64,000 bases of DNA from Felis catus. Taxonomy: Eukaryota. Position numbers and translations under genes: made by a program. Shown piece after piece: positions 1 through 12,040 of the stretch. The stretch is taken from assembly GCF_018350175.1 (NCBI RefSeq), contig NC_058372.1:4030001-4094000 (forward strand). The letters run 5' to 3'. Numbering within the stretch: the stretch's first letter is position 1; each line of letters opens with the position of its first letter. The notes under the pieces are model-generated. The model saw nothing but the letters and a program-made list of their open reading frames with translations, was not told where the DNA came from and searched no databases.

Positions 1-754
1 GTTTTAAAAGGGTTAACTTTTCAACAACTTGCTTCACTTCTTACATGGTTTTTTGACATGAACGAGTTTTCTTAATGCAAATTGATAAATTCTATTTTCA
101 TAGAAAGTATGGATATTATCTGCTTTCCCTGTAACTAACACCTTATGTATTTTAAATGCCTCGTCTCCTTTGTCCCCACCATCAGTTATGTTGAATCTCT
201 CTGCCTGATCGATCTGAGTTATGAATTGTTTCACTGCGGCGAACGGCATCTGCTCTCAAAGGATCAGCTCTTGTACGTAGATTTCATCGCGATTTCCTTC
301 GTGATTCGCGTTCACTTTTTCTACATTTGAGTTGTCTGTTCTGTTTTTCCATGTACTTTCCTTGAAGTTGTAGACTCAGTGAACTGGATGCGTAATGAAG
401 TTGCTTTCATCTCTTTTAAGACAATCTTCATTGTCTTCCCTTCTTCCTGCCGATCATTTTTTGATCCACTTGACTTGCTACCCTACCCCTCTGTGTCCTC
501 CGTGACTTTTTTAAGCCTTGGCTCTGTGTCACTGATTCGATTTTCTGTAGTGATGATTTCTTTCCTTGCTGCTGCTAATTCCTTTTTAACTCTGAAGTAA
601 TGTATTTTCCTCTTCAGTTTCCTTTCACATCTACGTGGGGTTCTTCCTTCACATTCTTCTGTTGATTTGCTTCCTACTGTCTAAGCTTCTTCTTATTCTT
701 GAGAACTGAAATTAGGAATGAAAACAGCCCTCAGTGTCCCCAGATAAAATCAGC

Positions 755-985
755 ACAGCAGTGTGATATAATGGTTAGCAATCAGACCGCTGGGGTTGAA
801 ATCCAGATGACGCCTCTTTGTGCCTTGATGACTTAAATCTTTCTTCCTCTGTGCTTGAATTCTGGCTCCTGTACAATGGTGACGATGCTAGTAACACCTT
901 CCTTGAAGGGTTGTTGCAAGGAGTCAGTGAATTAATCCGTATAAAGTGCTCAGAACAGTGTCTGGCTCACAGCATGCCCTCATTA
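755..985 (+). mobile_element. MIR SINE remnant
   Basis: MIR core and 3' motifs (gttgttgcaaggagtcagtgaattaatccgtataaagtgctcagaacagtgtctggc). Confidence 0.75.
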
Positions 986-1263
986 TGCGACGATCGCTCT
1001 TTTATCTGATACATTTCTTTTTATTCCTTTCTGTGCTAAAGTATTCACATGGGTCCCTTGTGCTTCGTCTCTGCAGTCTTGGGCCATAGGGGTCAATCAT
1101 TTGTGATTTCGTGCCCGTGTGTTGAAACCTTTGCAATGGGCCACCTTTGTGGTCTGAGGCCCCGTTGTCATGTGATGGTAACAGTGCGTGTGTGAGTGGG
1201 AGGATGGCATCTTACATTTCTTTCACCAGTCCAAGGGAAGTAACTCCTCTTCCATTAAAAACA

Positions 1264-1470
1264 TTTTTTTTAAAATGTTTATTTATATTTGAGAGAGAGG
1301 GAGAGAGCAGAGACGGGGAGGAGCAGAGCAAGAGGGGGGCAGAATCCGAAGCAGGCTCCAGGCGCCCAGCTGTCGGCACAGAGCCCGACACGGGGCTCGA
1401 ACCCATGAACTGTGAGATCATGACCTGAGCCGAAGTCAAACACCTAACCGACCGAGCCCCCAGGTGCCCC
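1264..1470 (-). mobile_element. SINEC (Can-SINE)
   Basis: Reverse tRNA-derived head, (GA)n and poly-T; flanking ctcttccatt repeat. Confidence 0.9.
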
Positions 1471-1924
1471 ACGACTCTTCCATTTTAATTTTGCGATGAC
1501 CTGGTAGATTTTGAGGACAAGTCTCCCAAATGTCCCAGTTAATTTCTGCCATCACACATGTTTTCCCTTGGTCTGTTGTACTGGCTCGAGATGCTAAGAT
1601 GCCAGTGTTTAGAAAGATGGGTGAGCTGTGGAGGGGTAGACATCAGGATGGGGGCCCATGGGAGCTTCACCCCATATCCCAGCGCTGCAGACTCACCCTG
1701 CTGCTGGTGGTCTACTGGCCTCTAGACACTGCCGTTCAGAGCTAGGAAGCATGAGCCAAGGCTTCAGTGTCCCCCTGTCTTTCTGTGTCACTGTACCATG
1801 CTCCAAGGACGAGAGTTTGGTCAGCTCTTGACATCCTCTCTCAATATCATCCAGAATGTATTAAAGCAATCCACAAGTCTTAGCTTTTATAGTGTGTGGT
1901 AGGAATAGTTCCTTAGTTTTGTGG

Positions 1925-2137
1925 GTTTTTTTTAGATTTGTTTTTAATGCTTATTTATTTTTGAGAGAGAGAGAGAGAGAGAGCGCGCGTGAGTGGGGGA
2001 AGGGCAGAGAGAGAGGGAGACACAGAATCTGAAGCAGGCTCCAGGCTCTGAGCTGTCAGCACTGTGAGATCATGATGTGAGCTGACGTTGGACGTCTGAG
2101 CCACCCAGGCACCCAGGCTGAGCCATCCAGGCACCCC
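1925..2137 (-). mobile_element. SINEC
   Basis: Typical body; TSD-like gaatagttccttagtttt / gaacagttccctagtttt. Confidence 0.9.
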
Positions 2138-2774
2138 GGAACAGTTCCCTAGTTTTAACCTAGATGGAGATACTTTCTCAAGTGGTGTGCTTGTTTATTT
2201 CTGTGACTTTCAGAAAGGGATGTGATTGTAGACTGGCCTTTGAGTGACATTCTTTCCATGGGCTGGGGCTCTTTCCACGTGGGCTCTCGATGGGGAGGAA
2301 GGAAGCTATGCCTGATGCTGTTTGTGAAGATTCTCACTCCATCCTTGCCTTGCCAAGTTCTCCACAGTAACAGAGAGACAGATACCTGAAAATGGCAGCC
2401 CTCAATCTACCATGCGAACAGGATTCCAACAAGGAGGGCGTTCTGGCAAGGTTTGGAAGGGTGGACGGTGAGAAGCCATGATGCCATGAGGCAGCTACAG
2501 GCCCATGTATGAGGGTCGTTGATGGTAGACGTGGGATTTCTGCCTGTGACGTTTGGTTGTCCCCTTGAAAATCACCCACTCAGGGCTGCACGTGGTCATC
2601 AGAGTGATGCATTATTATTAGTCCTCAGCAGAGGACTAAGCAAAATGGTAGGGCGGATGTCCTAGGAGACTGTAGAAGAAACCAGGAAGGTCGGCTATGA
2701 GTGTCACCACTGCCAAAAAGTGGGCTGAGCCAGGAACACTGTGTGAGAGCTGATGATCATCAACTCTGTATAAA

Positions 2775-2970
2775 GTTTATGTAGTGTTGACTGTGTGCCA
2801 GGCATTGTTCTAAATGGGTTACACATTATAACTAATTTAATCCTCGTTAAATTGTGATGTGAGGTACACACTATTATTTTGTCTTTACAGATAAGGAAAC
2901 GGAAACACACAAAGTTCAAGTAACTTCCCTAAGGTCACACAGCTCATACATGGCAAAATCAGGATTGCAA
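2775..2970 (-). mobile_element. MIR remnant
   Basis: tttacagataaggaaacggaaacacacaaagttcaagtaacttccctaaggtcacacagct core motif. Confidence 0.75.
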
Positions 2971-3364
2971 ACGTGGGAAATGTTTATACACAAGTTCTTT
3001 ATATTTCTGATGTTGGCGAGAGAGAGTTAGGATAGGAGAATTTGGCCGAGGGTATTGTCCTCTAGACTCTTAAGTGTTTAGAAGTGGATGAGGTCTTAGG
3101 GATGCAAGAGTCGAGCTCTCCCATTTTGCAGATGAGGAAGCTAGGCAATGGAATAGTATTCATTCCAGGTCAAGTGGCTCATAGTTAACTGTAGATGGGG
3201 TATGAGAAGGCACCTGTCCTGATTTCGTCTTCGATGGGTAAGATGCAGAGAATCCTCTTGTCCTTCAGATATGCCCACTTCCCAGCAGACACCCTGGCCA
3301 AAATGTTGAGTATTGTGAAGCATCCCATATTGGTTAGTGCTTTACTTTTCAAAAGCATTGTCTT

Positions 3365-3577
3365 CTTTTTAAGTTTGTTTATGTATTTTGAGAGCAAGAG
3401 AGAGAGAGTGTGGGCACACACGTGGGGAGGGGCAGAGAGAGGGAGAGACAGAATTCCAAGCAGGCTCTTTGCCATCAGTGCAGAGCCCGAGGTGGGGCTC
3501 GAACTCACAAACCGTGAGATCGTGACCTGAGCCGAGATCAAGCATAGAGCTTAACCCACTGAGCCACCCAGGCACTC
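3365..3577 (-). mobile_element. SINEC
   Basis: Typical Can-SINE body and tail. Confidence 0.9.
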
Positions 3578-4089
3578 CCTCAAAGACATTATCTTATGAA
3601 AAGCTTATGTCCGTAAGAAAATTAATGAATCACACAGCTCTTGAGTCATTAGAAATCTAGAGTAAAATAAGGTGTTCAACAGTTCTTCTGAGTGAGAAGC
3701 TCTTGGTCATGCTTTAGACAACATGGAAGACGGAAAGTGACTTCTCGGGTACGGTGGAAAGGAAAAGCCTTCTCTCTTTGAGGCAGGTGTGGATCTATAT
3801 GGGCAGAGAGATCTAGTGGGATGCTCCTCAGTTTAGAATCAGAAAAACCAAGACTCGTCTCCATGTTTTCTACTTAGCATCTGTTCTGAATTTTTATTTA
3901 TCTGTAAATCATGTCTTGATACCTACCTGTCCTATGTACCTTCAAGGTTTCTTGCAAGAAGTGAAATACTTCTCAGTAAAAAATGCTTTATAGCTGTCTG
4001 GAGTCCTTGGCAATTGGTGGTAGCAAGAAGACGCTGTGTATCACCAACAGGGAAGTCAAGGTGACACAGATCCAAGTACGTGAACTTAC

Positions 4090-4177
4090 CTTTCCTGGAG
4101 GTTTGCGCTTGAGCCATATTGAAATTGCCATCACTGGAAATATGTCCCATTGCCTCAGCTTCTGCTCTGGTAGACAT
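4090..4177 (-). CDS. SLC17A4: SLC17A4 first coding exon (exon 4090-4212, ATG at 4177); the rest of the gene lies beyond the left edge
   Basis: Translates MSTRAEAEAMGHISSDGNFNMAQAQTSRK(G), matching the SLC17A4 N-terminus as I recall it (human MSTGPDVKATVGDISSDGNLNVAQEECSRKG). Acceptor ttttatttcag at 4213, phase-1 donor AAG|GTAAGT at 4089. Adjacent to H2AC1/H2BC1 as in other mammals. Confidence 0.9.
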
Positions 4178-6022
4178 TTTGGTTGTCTTCTCCCAGGACT
4201 GGTGTTCACCTCCTGAAATAAAAGAACACAAAAGCAAATACAGGGTGACACGTGTCCAACATCACACATGACAGTGCCCCAATTCTAAGAAGGAGGAGGA
4301 AATATTTGGTGGGAAAGGTGCTAGACCAGGGTTCAGGAGACCTGATGTGTTGTCCAGACTCTATCAGTAGGCAAATGTATGGCCTTGGAAAGGTCACAGT
4401 TACCCTGGTGTTAGTCTCTGCGTCTCAAAAATGAAGGGTCCGGTATGGGTTGCCTTAATGGGTCATAACATTCTTTCCAGTTCTGTGTTCCCGTGTCTCT
4501 CAATGGATATAGGAATCAACTGGATGTTAAAACTTGACAGTCTTTGAAATTTCATCTAGAAGATTCCAGTGGATTAAATTACCCAAAAAACTGTCTATTA
4601 CAAGCATCTAGAGATACCAGACGAAATATGGCAAACATCTTTTTAAAGACGTAGCTCCAAAGATAGCAAGAGATATCCCCATGGATGTAATGAAAAGTTT
4701 GCAGTATGAGCTAACTCTTCAGTGACCCTGGGACTGGGGTGAGGAGCCAGCATCGGCTTCCATGACGCGGGATCTTGAGGTCCCTGGGGATGAGGGATAG
4801 AGCCTTAGACCTTTATCTTCTTGCCAGGAAGGCGATTGTAGTGGAGATCCTATTACAGAACCAGAGCCCTTGAAGGAGTTCAAAACTGAGTTAAAGAGCT
4901 TCTGTCCCTTGCAACAGCGAGCCAATGACAACTTTATGCTGTCCTGAGCTCTGGTTTGAAAATAAAGAGCCTCTCCTGGAAATTCTGAAAATTCACAACT
5001 GTATCATGGAGAGTTGGGGGTTGGAATTTACACAGTTTTCATTGTCTGAGAACTCTTTCTCAGCTGAACATCTCCTCTAAGAACTGGGCCCAGGCTGATG
5101 TCCTCAACACAGATCACATGGAATTACTGAAGGTGAAGCTCCACTTAATATGGAGATCCAAAATTATAAACAGTCACAGAAGCAACCATCCAAAGCAAAC
5201 CCTCGGACTCAACACATGACCAGATCAAATTGCCGAGATCTTCCAAGGGTAAAATACACTGATAAACGCATTATATAAGCGTGCTTAAAACAAGTGGAGA
5301 AATACAGGATAGTCTCTAAAACATAGAAGACACCCAACAGAACAGGAAGATTTAAGAAAGACACTACTTGAAATCTGAATGGCAAACTTAGGCATTAAAA
5401 TAGGAAACTAAGTGACTAGACGTATCTAAAAGACTGAATGAGTGAAATAAAAGGTAGAGCTATGTGAATGATACAGAATAAAGCTCAGGGAGATCATGAG
5501 GTATGATAGCAACATTAGGGGGTCTGGAGAAGAGAATGAAAAGGTGCAGAATATGTCGAATGAGACTTCTAGGAGAGGAAAAGGAAGAGACTTGAGGAGA
5601 GGCAGTACTTTAAGAAATAATGATCAAGGCTTTTCCAGAACGGATGAAACAATATTCCTCAGATTCAGGAATCACAATGAGTCTGAAGCCCGAGAAATGA
5701 AGTTAAAGCTACACCCAGCTACACCTACATCTAATCATAAGGATCCCGTGGGATGCAAAAAAGCATGAAACTATCCATAGCGATAGATGCCATAAGAGGT
5801 CATTAGCAGGGATGAGAAGGTAGAAATTAATTACAGTATGATATCAGATAAGAGAGTGGGGTTTTTTAAACTTCAAGATCATCAAAAAAAAAGACAAAGT
5901 ATCAGAAAGTGGGTGAAGAGTGTGTTAACTACCAGGACAATACATAAACAGATGACGAACAGATACGGGAAAATACACCCTGCCTTACTGTCAAAGACAT
6001 GGACATTAGAAGAACCAGATCT

Positions 6023-6242
6023 TGGGGCGCCTGGGTGGCGGAGTCGGTTAAGCGTCCGACTTCAGCCAGGTCACGATCTCGCGGTCCGTGGGTTCGAGCC
6101 CCGCGTCGGGCTCTGGGCTGATGGCTCAGAGCCTGGAGCCTGTTTCCGATTCTGTGTCTCCCTCTCTCTCTGCCCCTCCCCCGTTCATGCTCTGTCTCTC
6201 TCTGTCCCAAAAATAAATAAAAAACGTTGAAAAAAAAAAAAA
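6023..6242 (+). mobile_element. SINEC_Fc (young felid SINE)
   Basis: GGGGCGCCTGGGTGGCG head, (CT)n, poly-A; TSD aaccagatctt. Confidence 0.95.
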
Positions 6243-6596
6243 CCAGATCTTGTTATTTCTTACCCATTTGCTTCCATAAATATTTAAAAGACTTATCGCT
6301 GAGTTTAGGCAACAGTGTAGGGAGATAAGCTATTTGTGGGAATCGGTGCATCTTTCCACTTGATATTGGTGCTTCATGGCGTCTACCAGAGAGTACTACG
6401 CACAGCCACACGAAAGTATGTCCCAAGACCGTCTTTGTAGCAATATTTGGAGAAGTGAAAAATTAGCAGCTAATTAAAGGTCATTAATATTTAAGTAATT
6501 AAGTAAAGCACATATTTTTTGGAATACTATACAGTCATCGAAAAGAATTCATAAAATCTCTTCACGTAAGTATATAAAGATTGAAAAGGCATATTA

Positions 6597-6737
6597 AGGA
6601 GCGCCTGGGTGGCTCAGTTGGTTAAGCATCTGACTCTTGATTTCAGCTCAGGTCACGATCTCATGAGTTCGTGAGTTCGAGCCCTGCATCGAGCTGTGCT
6701 CTGACAGTGTGGAGTCTGCTTGGGATTCTCTTTCTGC

Positions 6738-6770
<33 letters not shown>

Positions 6771-6800
6771 AGAATAAATAAACTTTAAAAAAAAAAGAAA
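6597..6800 (+). mobile_element. SINEC
   Basis: Typical body; TSD-like gaaaag(g/a)catattaag. Confidence 0.9.
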
Positions 6801-6834
6801 AAGAAAAGACATATTAAGTGAAAAAAGCAAGTTG

Positions 6835-7370
6835 TAAATTCCAAGGGATACATGCACCCCGATGTTTATTGCAGCCTTATTTACAGTAGCCAAGATATGG
6901 AAGCAGCCCAGGTGTCCATCGATGGATGAATGGATAAAGAAGAAGTGATATACGCATACGATGGACTATCACTGAGCCATAACACGAATGCAGTCTTGCC
7001 ATTTACAATGATGTGGATGGAGCTAGAGAGTATAATGCCAAGCGAAATAAGTCAGAGAACGACAAATCCCATATGATCTCACTCATAGGTGGAACCGAAG
7101 AAACAAAATAAACAGGCAGAGGGGCAAAAATGATAGAGAATGAGAGAGAGACCAATCAAGGAACAGACTTAACTGTAGAGAACACACTGATGGTCACCAG
7201 AGGGGAGGTGGGGTGGGGGAGGGGGAAACACGTGATGGGGATTAAAGAGGGCACCCGTCGAGATGAGCGCTGGATGCAGAATTGTCGAATCACCATATTG
7301 TACATTTGCAGCTAGTGTGACACTGCATGTTAACTAACTGGAATTAAAATAAAAACTTGAAAAAAACAAG
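6835..7370 (+). mobile_element. L1 3' fragment (carnivore L1)
   Basis: ORF2 C-terminal and 3'UTR motifs (tgcaccccgatgtttattgcagc; gatgaatggataaagaag). Confidence 0.85.
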
Positions 7371-7865
7371 GAGAAAGCAAGTTACAGAACAAGAAGTACC
7401 ATGGAAATAAAACAAGGGAAGCGTACATAAATATAACGTTACATTGTGTAGTTTGTGTGTTTGTAAGGGAGCAGAAAACTATGAACAGAAAAATCCTAAT
7501 ACGGAGACAGTGACAGCTGTCATCTACGTTGTCCTGAGCTCTGGTTTTAAAATTAAGCTACAATAATACAGTAACTGTGGTCCTTCCCTCGGGAAGAATG
7601 GGCACCAGGGAACTCAACTGTGATCTGTGGTGTTGAATGAACTACAACAATGCTATATTTATGAATGATTACTGTGATTCAAAAATACATCTAAAACGGC
7701 AGCAACAGCACAACTGTCATAAGAGCTGGTCACAGTGTCTGGAGCTTGGGAATCTTTCATCCTGACGGATCCCTTCACAGATTGTGCACGGATTTGCGCG
7801 CACGCGCCTGCATGTGTGTGTGTTGTGTGTGTGCACGCCTGGATGTTAAGGTGGGACTCTTACTC

Positions 7866-8010
7866 GGGGCACCCAGGTGGCTCAGTCAGTTAAGTGTCCA
7901 ACTTCAGGTCAGGTCACGATCTCATGGCTCGTGGGTTCGAGCCCCGCATCAGGCTTGTCAGCACAGAGCCCACTTCGGGTCCTCTGTCCCCCTCTCTGCC
8001 CCTCCCTCAC

Positions 8011-8058
<48 letters not shown>

Positions 8059-8101
8059 AATAAACTTTAATTAATTAATTAATTAATTAATTAATTAATT
8101 A
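7866..8101 (+). mobile_element. SINEC with long (CT)n and a (TTAA)n tail
   Basis: Typical body; tail expanded into (TTAA)n at about 8067-8101. Confidence 0.9.
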
Positions 8102-9804
8102 AAAAATGGGACTTGTACTCGATGCGACTGAACCCAGACTATTTTGAGAACACCACAATGAGTGTGGCCTCCATTCCCAAGTGGTAGGAGACCAGCATCT
8201 GGGACCGAGAAGGAGGCTGTTGAGCCCACTTCGAGGGCACTTCAAGGGCCCAAACTGCTGAGATGTAGAAGCTGAGAGAGAGTTTCTCGAGAGAAAGCTG
8301 CTGGTTTGGTCTGTCACTCATTCACCCTGCCTCCGTGAGAGAGGGAGTTGCGGGAGGCGCCCTCCCCTTTGTGTCAGATGATAGAAGCTGCCTGCCAGGG
8401 GGCTGTCCAGAGACCTTGACCTGTGTCCGCTGGAGGTTTGGCTGTGTGCCTGCGAGTGAGAGAGAGAAGGGGCTGGCGAGCGACATCTGCCTCAATCCAA
8501 GGGCAGGAGGCTGCGCAGAGCAGAGCAAGAGCCCCCGCCAGCCGAGCCGTCGGGCACCCAAAGCTGTCCCGGCAGCAGGTGCAAAGAGCCCCGGGCAGAG
8601 AGCGCAGGCTCCTTCTGAGCCAGATGTGGACGACTCGGGAGGGCTCCAGCCGACAGTAAATCCTGCGCCAGAGAACTGTCTAGAGGGGCCACGTGACCCC
8701 AGAAGAGGCGGATGGGCCGCAGGAGGCCCAGCAGCTGACAGAGGCGTGGTAAGGGTGTCCCCAGTGGGGAGCTCTCTGAAGGACTCCGCATCGACCACCC
8801 TCCCAAGCCCCGAGAACACCAGGGCCAGGCCACGAGAGTCTCCGTCCCAAATCGCTTCCCGCCTCTTACCAGCCGCCTCCCCGGCTCCCTAACCACCAGC
8901 CCTGGAAAGATCAGAAGCCTTAGCAGGGTGAGGCCAGGAGCTGCCCGAGAAAGGGAATGAGAAGCCAAGCCACATGACCCCGCCACCGCCACCCCCCCCA
9001 CCCCGCCAAGGTCCAAGCTGGAGACAGGGAGAAGATCTGGTGTTTAAAAGTGTAGGTAACGCACGGCGTCATGTTCGTTCGGGGCGTCCAATAGAACGAC
9101 CCGAAAGTTCTCCACCTGACTCGGTGCTCAGCACGACAAGTGGACGCTTAGCCCCCTTTATCTGCGTAGGGAGACGCTGTACTGTGAGATAAAGTCTGGA
9201 GGCCTGTGCTTCCCATCAGACCGGACCTCTTAGTTATAACAGGCGATTATATGAAAGCTGAAGACAGCCAGCGGACTTTGTACTGTGCGTGGCTCTGGTG
9301 GCCCTGGGAGCGGTCCCGTCAAACGAAGGGATGCGTTGCTGTAGACGTCATTTGTGTATCGCGTCGGCCCACCTGTAGGGCAGTTGGTTGAGCTGCAAGG
9401 ATAGTATCTGTCACAGGGATCCAAGGCTTTCAGACTAACGCTTTTTCCCAACGGTCAGCCCCTGTGAGGACTCTCCTGAGAGGTCACTGACTGCTAGTTC
9501 CTTCATTGATTTGGCAAATGTTTGTTGAACCGGCGAATGGAATGTTATGCGTCCTTAGACCTTTCTCTTGCATTTGTGGCCAAAGGGCTTCGTTCTCATG
9601 AGATGCCCCCTCTATGTACTTGCTAGGACGGAGGCACTTGCCAGGTTTTCTAATAACCGACAGCGGTGCCTCCCGCGTCGTCCCCGGTGGCGTCCCTTGC
9701 CCTCCATCAGATGTGTCCTGCCCTCGTCCTCCACTGCCAGCTTAGACTGCCTTGTCAACTCCAGCTGGGCCGCCAGGAGAGGCGCCCCGGAGGAGAAAAA
9801 CCTT

Positions 9805-10020
9805 GGGGCACCTGGGGGGCCCAGTCGGTCGAGCGTCCAACGCTTGGTTTCGGCGCAGGTCATGATCTCGCAGTTCGTGGGTTCGAGCCCCGAGTCGGGC
9901 TCCGGGATGACAGTGCAGAGCCTGCTTGGGATTCCCTCTCTCTCCCTCTGTGTCCCTCCCCTGCTTATGCCCTCTTTCTCTCTCAAAAGAAATAAACTTT
10001 CAAAAAAAAGAGAAAGAAAA
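9805..10020 (+). mobile_element. SINEC
   Basis: Typical body and A-rich tail. Confidence 0.9.
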
Positions 10021-10379
10021 ACCCGAGAATGGCATTTGCTATGAAGAAGCTGAGGGTCACAGTGACAGCCACTGGGTAACTAGCAAGAAGAGGGCAAGTG
10101 CTTTACCAGGTTGTATGGAAAGTTCCATGTGCGCTGCGGTGGGAGGGGTGAGAAGAAAGTAGCCCTGAGCAAGAGCGTTCCGGGCAAGGAAGCGGCAGGT
10201 TCGTCCAGGTCCGGTGCAGAGGGAGCGAGCAGGTTCATGTGGCAAGGGAGACCTAACTGGTGGGCGGGGGCCATGCCACGTGGGGTCCTGCAACTTGAGG
10301 AAGGGGACGGGATTCACTTGGCTGCGGAGTGATGCATGGTCTCTAAGGGACAAGACCGGGAGCTTGGGCAGAGGCAGTG

Positions 10380-10740
10380 GTAGCCTGCGCAAGCATTGAT
10401 GTCTGGGCGAGGCTGCTTGTGGGGCTGTTTTGGAGTTAAAGCCAACAAGAATTGCTGACGAGGTGGGGAGGGGAGGAGAGAATGGGGCCGATCGTTGGAA
10501 ATTTCTAGATGTATGGCTTGAACAAATGAGGGAGTGGCGTTGTGCTCCGTAGAGATGGGAAAGGGAGCAGCGAGCGGGAAGGAAGCGGGTTTCCAGAAGG
10601 AAAATAAGAGTTTCATTTTGGACTGTTGGGTTCGAGATGCCTTTAGACCGAGAAGAGAAGATGGCCTGGCCGGCACTGCGTCTGTGAATCTGTAGCTTGG
10701 GCCCGGGGGCCCGGGTGAGATATAAACTTGAAGGTCATCC
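10380..10740 (+). mobile_element. L2 remnant
   Basis: aagagtttcattttggactgttgggttcgagatgcct is a typical L2 3'-region motif; strand approximate. Confidence 0.55.
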
Positions 10741-11225
10741 CTCTTCCCTATTTAATCAGACTAAGTACATGAGGAACAACCCGCAAGGATGCTGAGCGCG
10801 TCATTCTTCTCTCCGTTGGCCGTTGCCCCGGCCAGCGCTGATTCTGTGTCTCTTCCCTTTGCACGAACCCCTGTCTTCTTCGTGAGCTCCCCGGGGAGTG
10901 AGACTCCTCCTTCAGGTCCCCAGCTCAGCTGCTAGAAACTCACATGTTTTTATACCTGGCCTCAGCACTGAACATTTTCTCCGTACATGAAGCAGCTTGG
11001 GACTCATATTTACAGCTCCCAAATCAGAGTCCCCTGCCCCCAAATCTTCACCCAATAACTACTTCCCAACGTCATGGATTCCATTTTGTTTTACTTCTCT
11101 CCATGCATAAATTCATTGGAGGCGTCTTGTCTGTTTTGATTAATTTGATCTTTTAGCCCTGATAAAATCTTCCTTTTCAGAATTCAGCTTTCGCATTTTT
11201 ATCTCACCATAGATGTGATCAGTGC

Positions 11226-11259
<34 letters not shown>

Positions 11260-11427
11260 CATTGCACAAAAATTAGCCCAGTAGATGACTCTTAAGCTGC
11301 AGGTATCCAGTCTAGTCCCAGTATTTGGGTAATAGTCACCCTTAAAGCATAGTTTAAAGTTGCTGGTTCACCTCCATGTGCTTCAGATAGTTCAGACTCT
11401 CTCTCTCTCTTTCTGCAGCTACTTAAT

Positions 11428-11633
11428 TTTTTTTAATGTTTATTTATTTTTGAAGGAGAGAAAGAGACTGAGCGGGAGAGGGGCAGAGAGAAAGGGAGAC
11501 ACAGAACCCCAAGCAGGCTCCAGGCTCCCAGCTGTCAGCACAGAGCCCGACGCTGGGCTTGAACCCACGAACCGCGAGATCATGACCTGAGCTCGAGGCA
11601 GACGCTTAACCGACTGAGCCCCCCCGGCGCCCC
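11428..11633 (-). mobile_element. SINEC
   Basis: TSD tctttctgcagcta. Confidence 0.9.
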
Positions 11634-11871
11634 TCTTTCTGCAGCTATTGTTTTGGATGATTTTGTTCCCTAAAGCTTTATTCCCTGGGGTTCTGGAGCT
11701 CTTGCTTCTACTAGGAAAAGGTGATGTTCTCTGTCACTTTGCAGAATTATCTTAGGAAAGAGGAGTTCTCTTCACTACCCCACAGCCTCTACCCCAAAAT
11801 AGCAAATGAGAAAAAGACCCACCCCCATCCCCTCAAAAGCAGAATGTTGAGGGGAAAGACTGAAGACTAAC

Positions 11872-11935
11872 CTGAGAGAGTGCAGGGTCCTCATTTCTTT
11901 CCAAAAAATGCCTCCAAGTTTTTCAGCATTTTCTC
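11872..11935 (-). other. SLC17A4: Probable non-coding exon 1 of SLC17A4 (TSS approximate)
   Basis: Donor CTCTCAG|GTTAGT at 11871, just downstream of an ATTTAAG TATA-like motif and HNF1 sites, about 7.7 kb upstream of the coding exon. Confidence 0.5.
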
Positions 11936-11940
11936 CAGTG

Positions 11941-12040
11941 CCTTAAATCCCCATGTGGTAAATGATTACCTCAAAACCGTTAGCCTGTAAGCTCCCCGGT
12001 GGGAAGATTTTACTGGGTCAGTGGTTTAATCTTTAACTTT
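11941..12040 (-). promoter_or_regulatory. Putative SLC17A4 promoter with two HNF1-type sites
   Basis: GGTAAATGATTACC (11957-11970) and TTTAATCTTTAAC (12025-12037) resemble the HNF1 consensus GTTAATNATTAAC. Confidence 0.5.

Noticed and set aside
8322-9016. Overlapping 165-185 aa ORFs on both strands
   Set aside because: GC-rich, low-complexity translations with no recognisable homology or splice pattern; probably intronic or old LTR-derived sequence.
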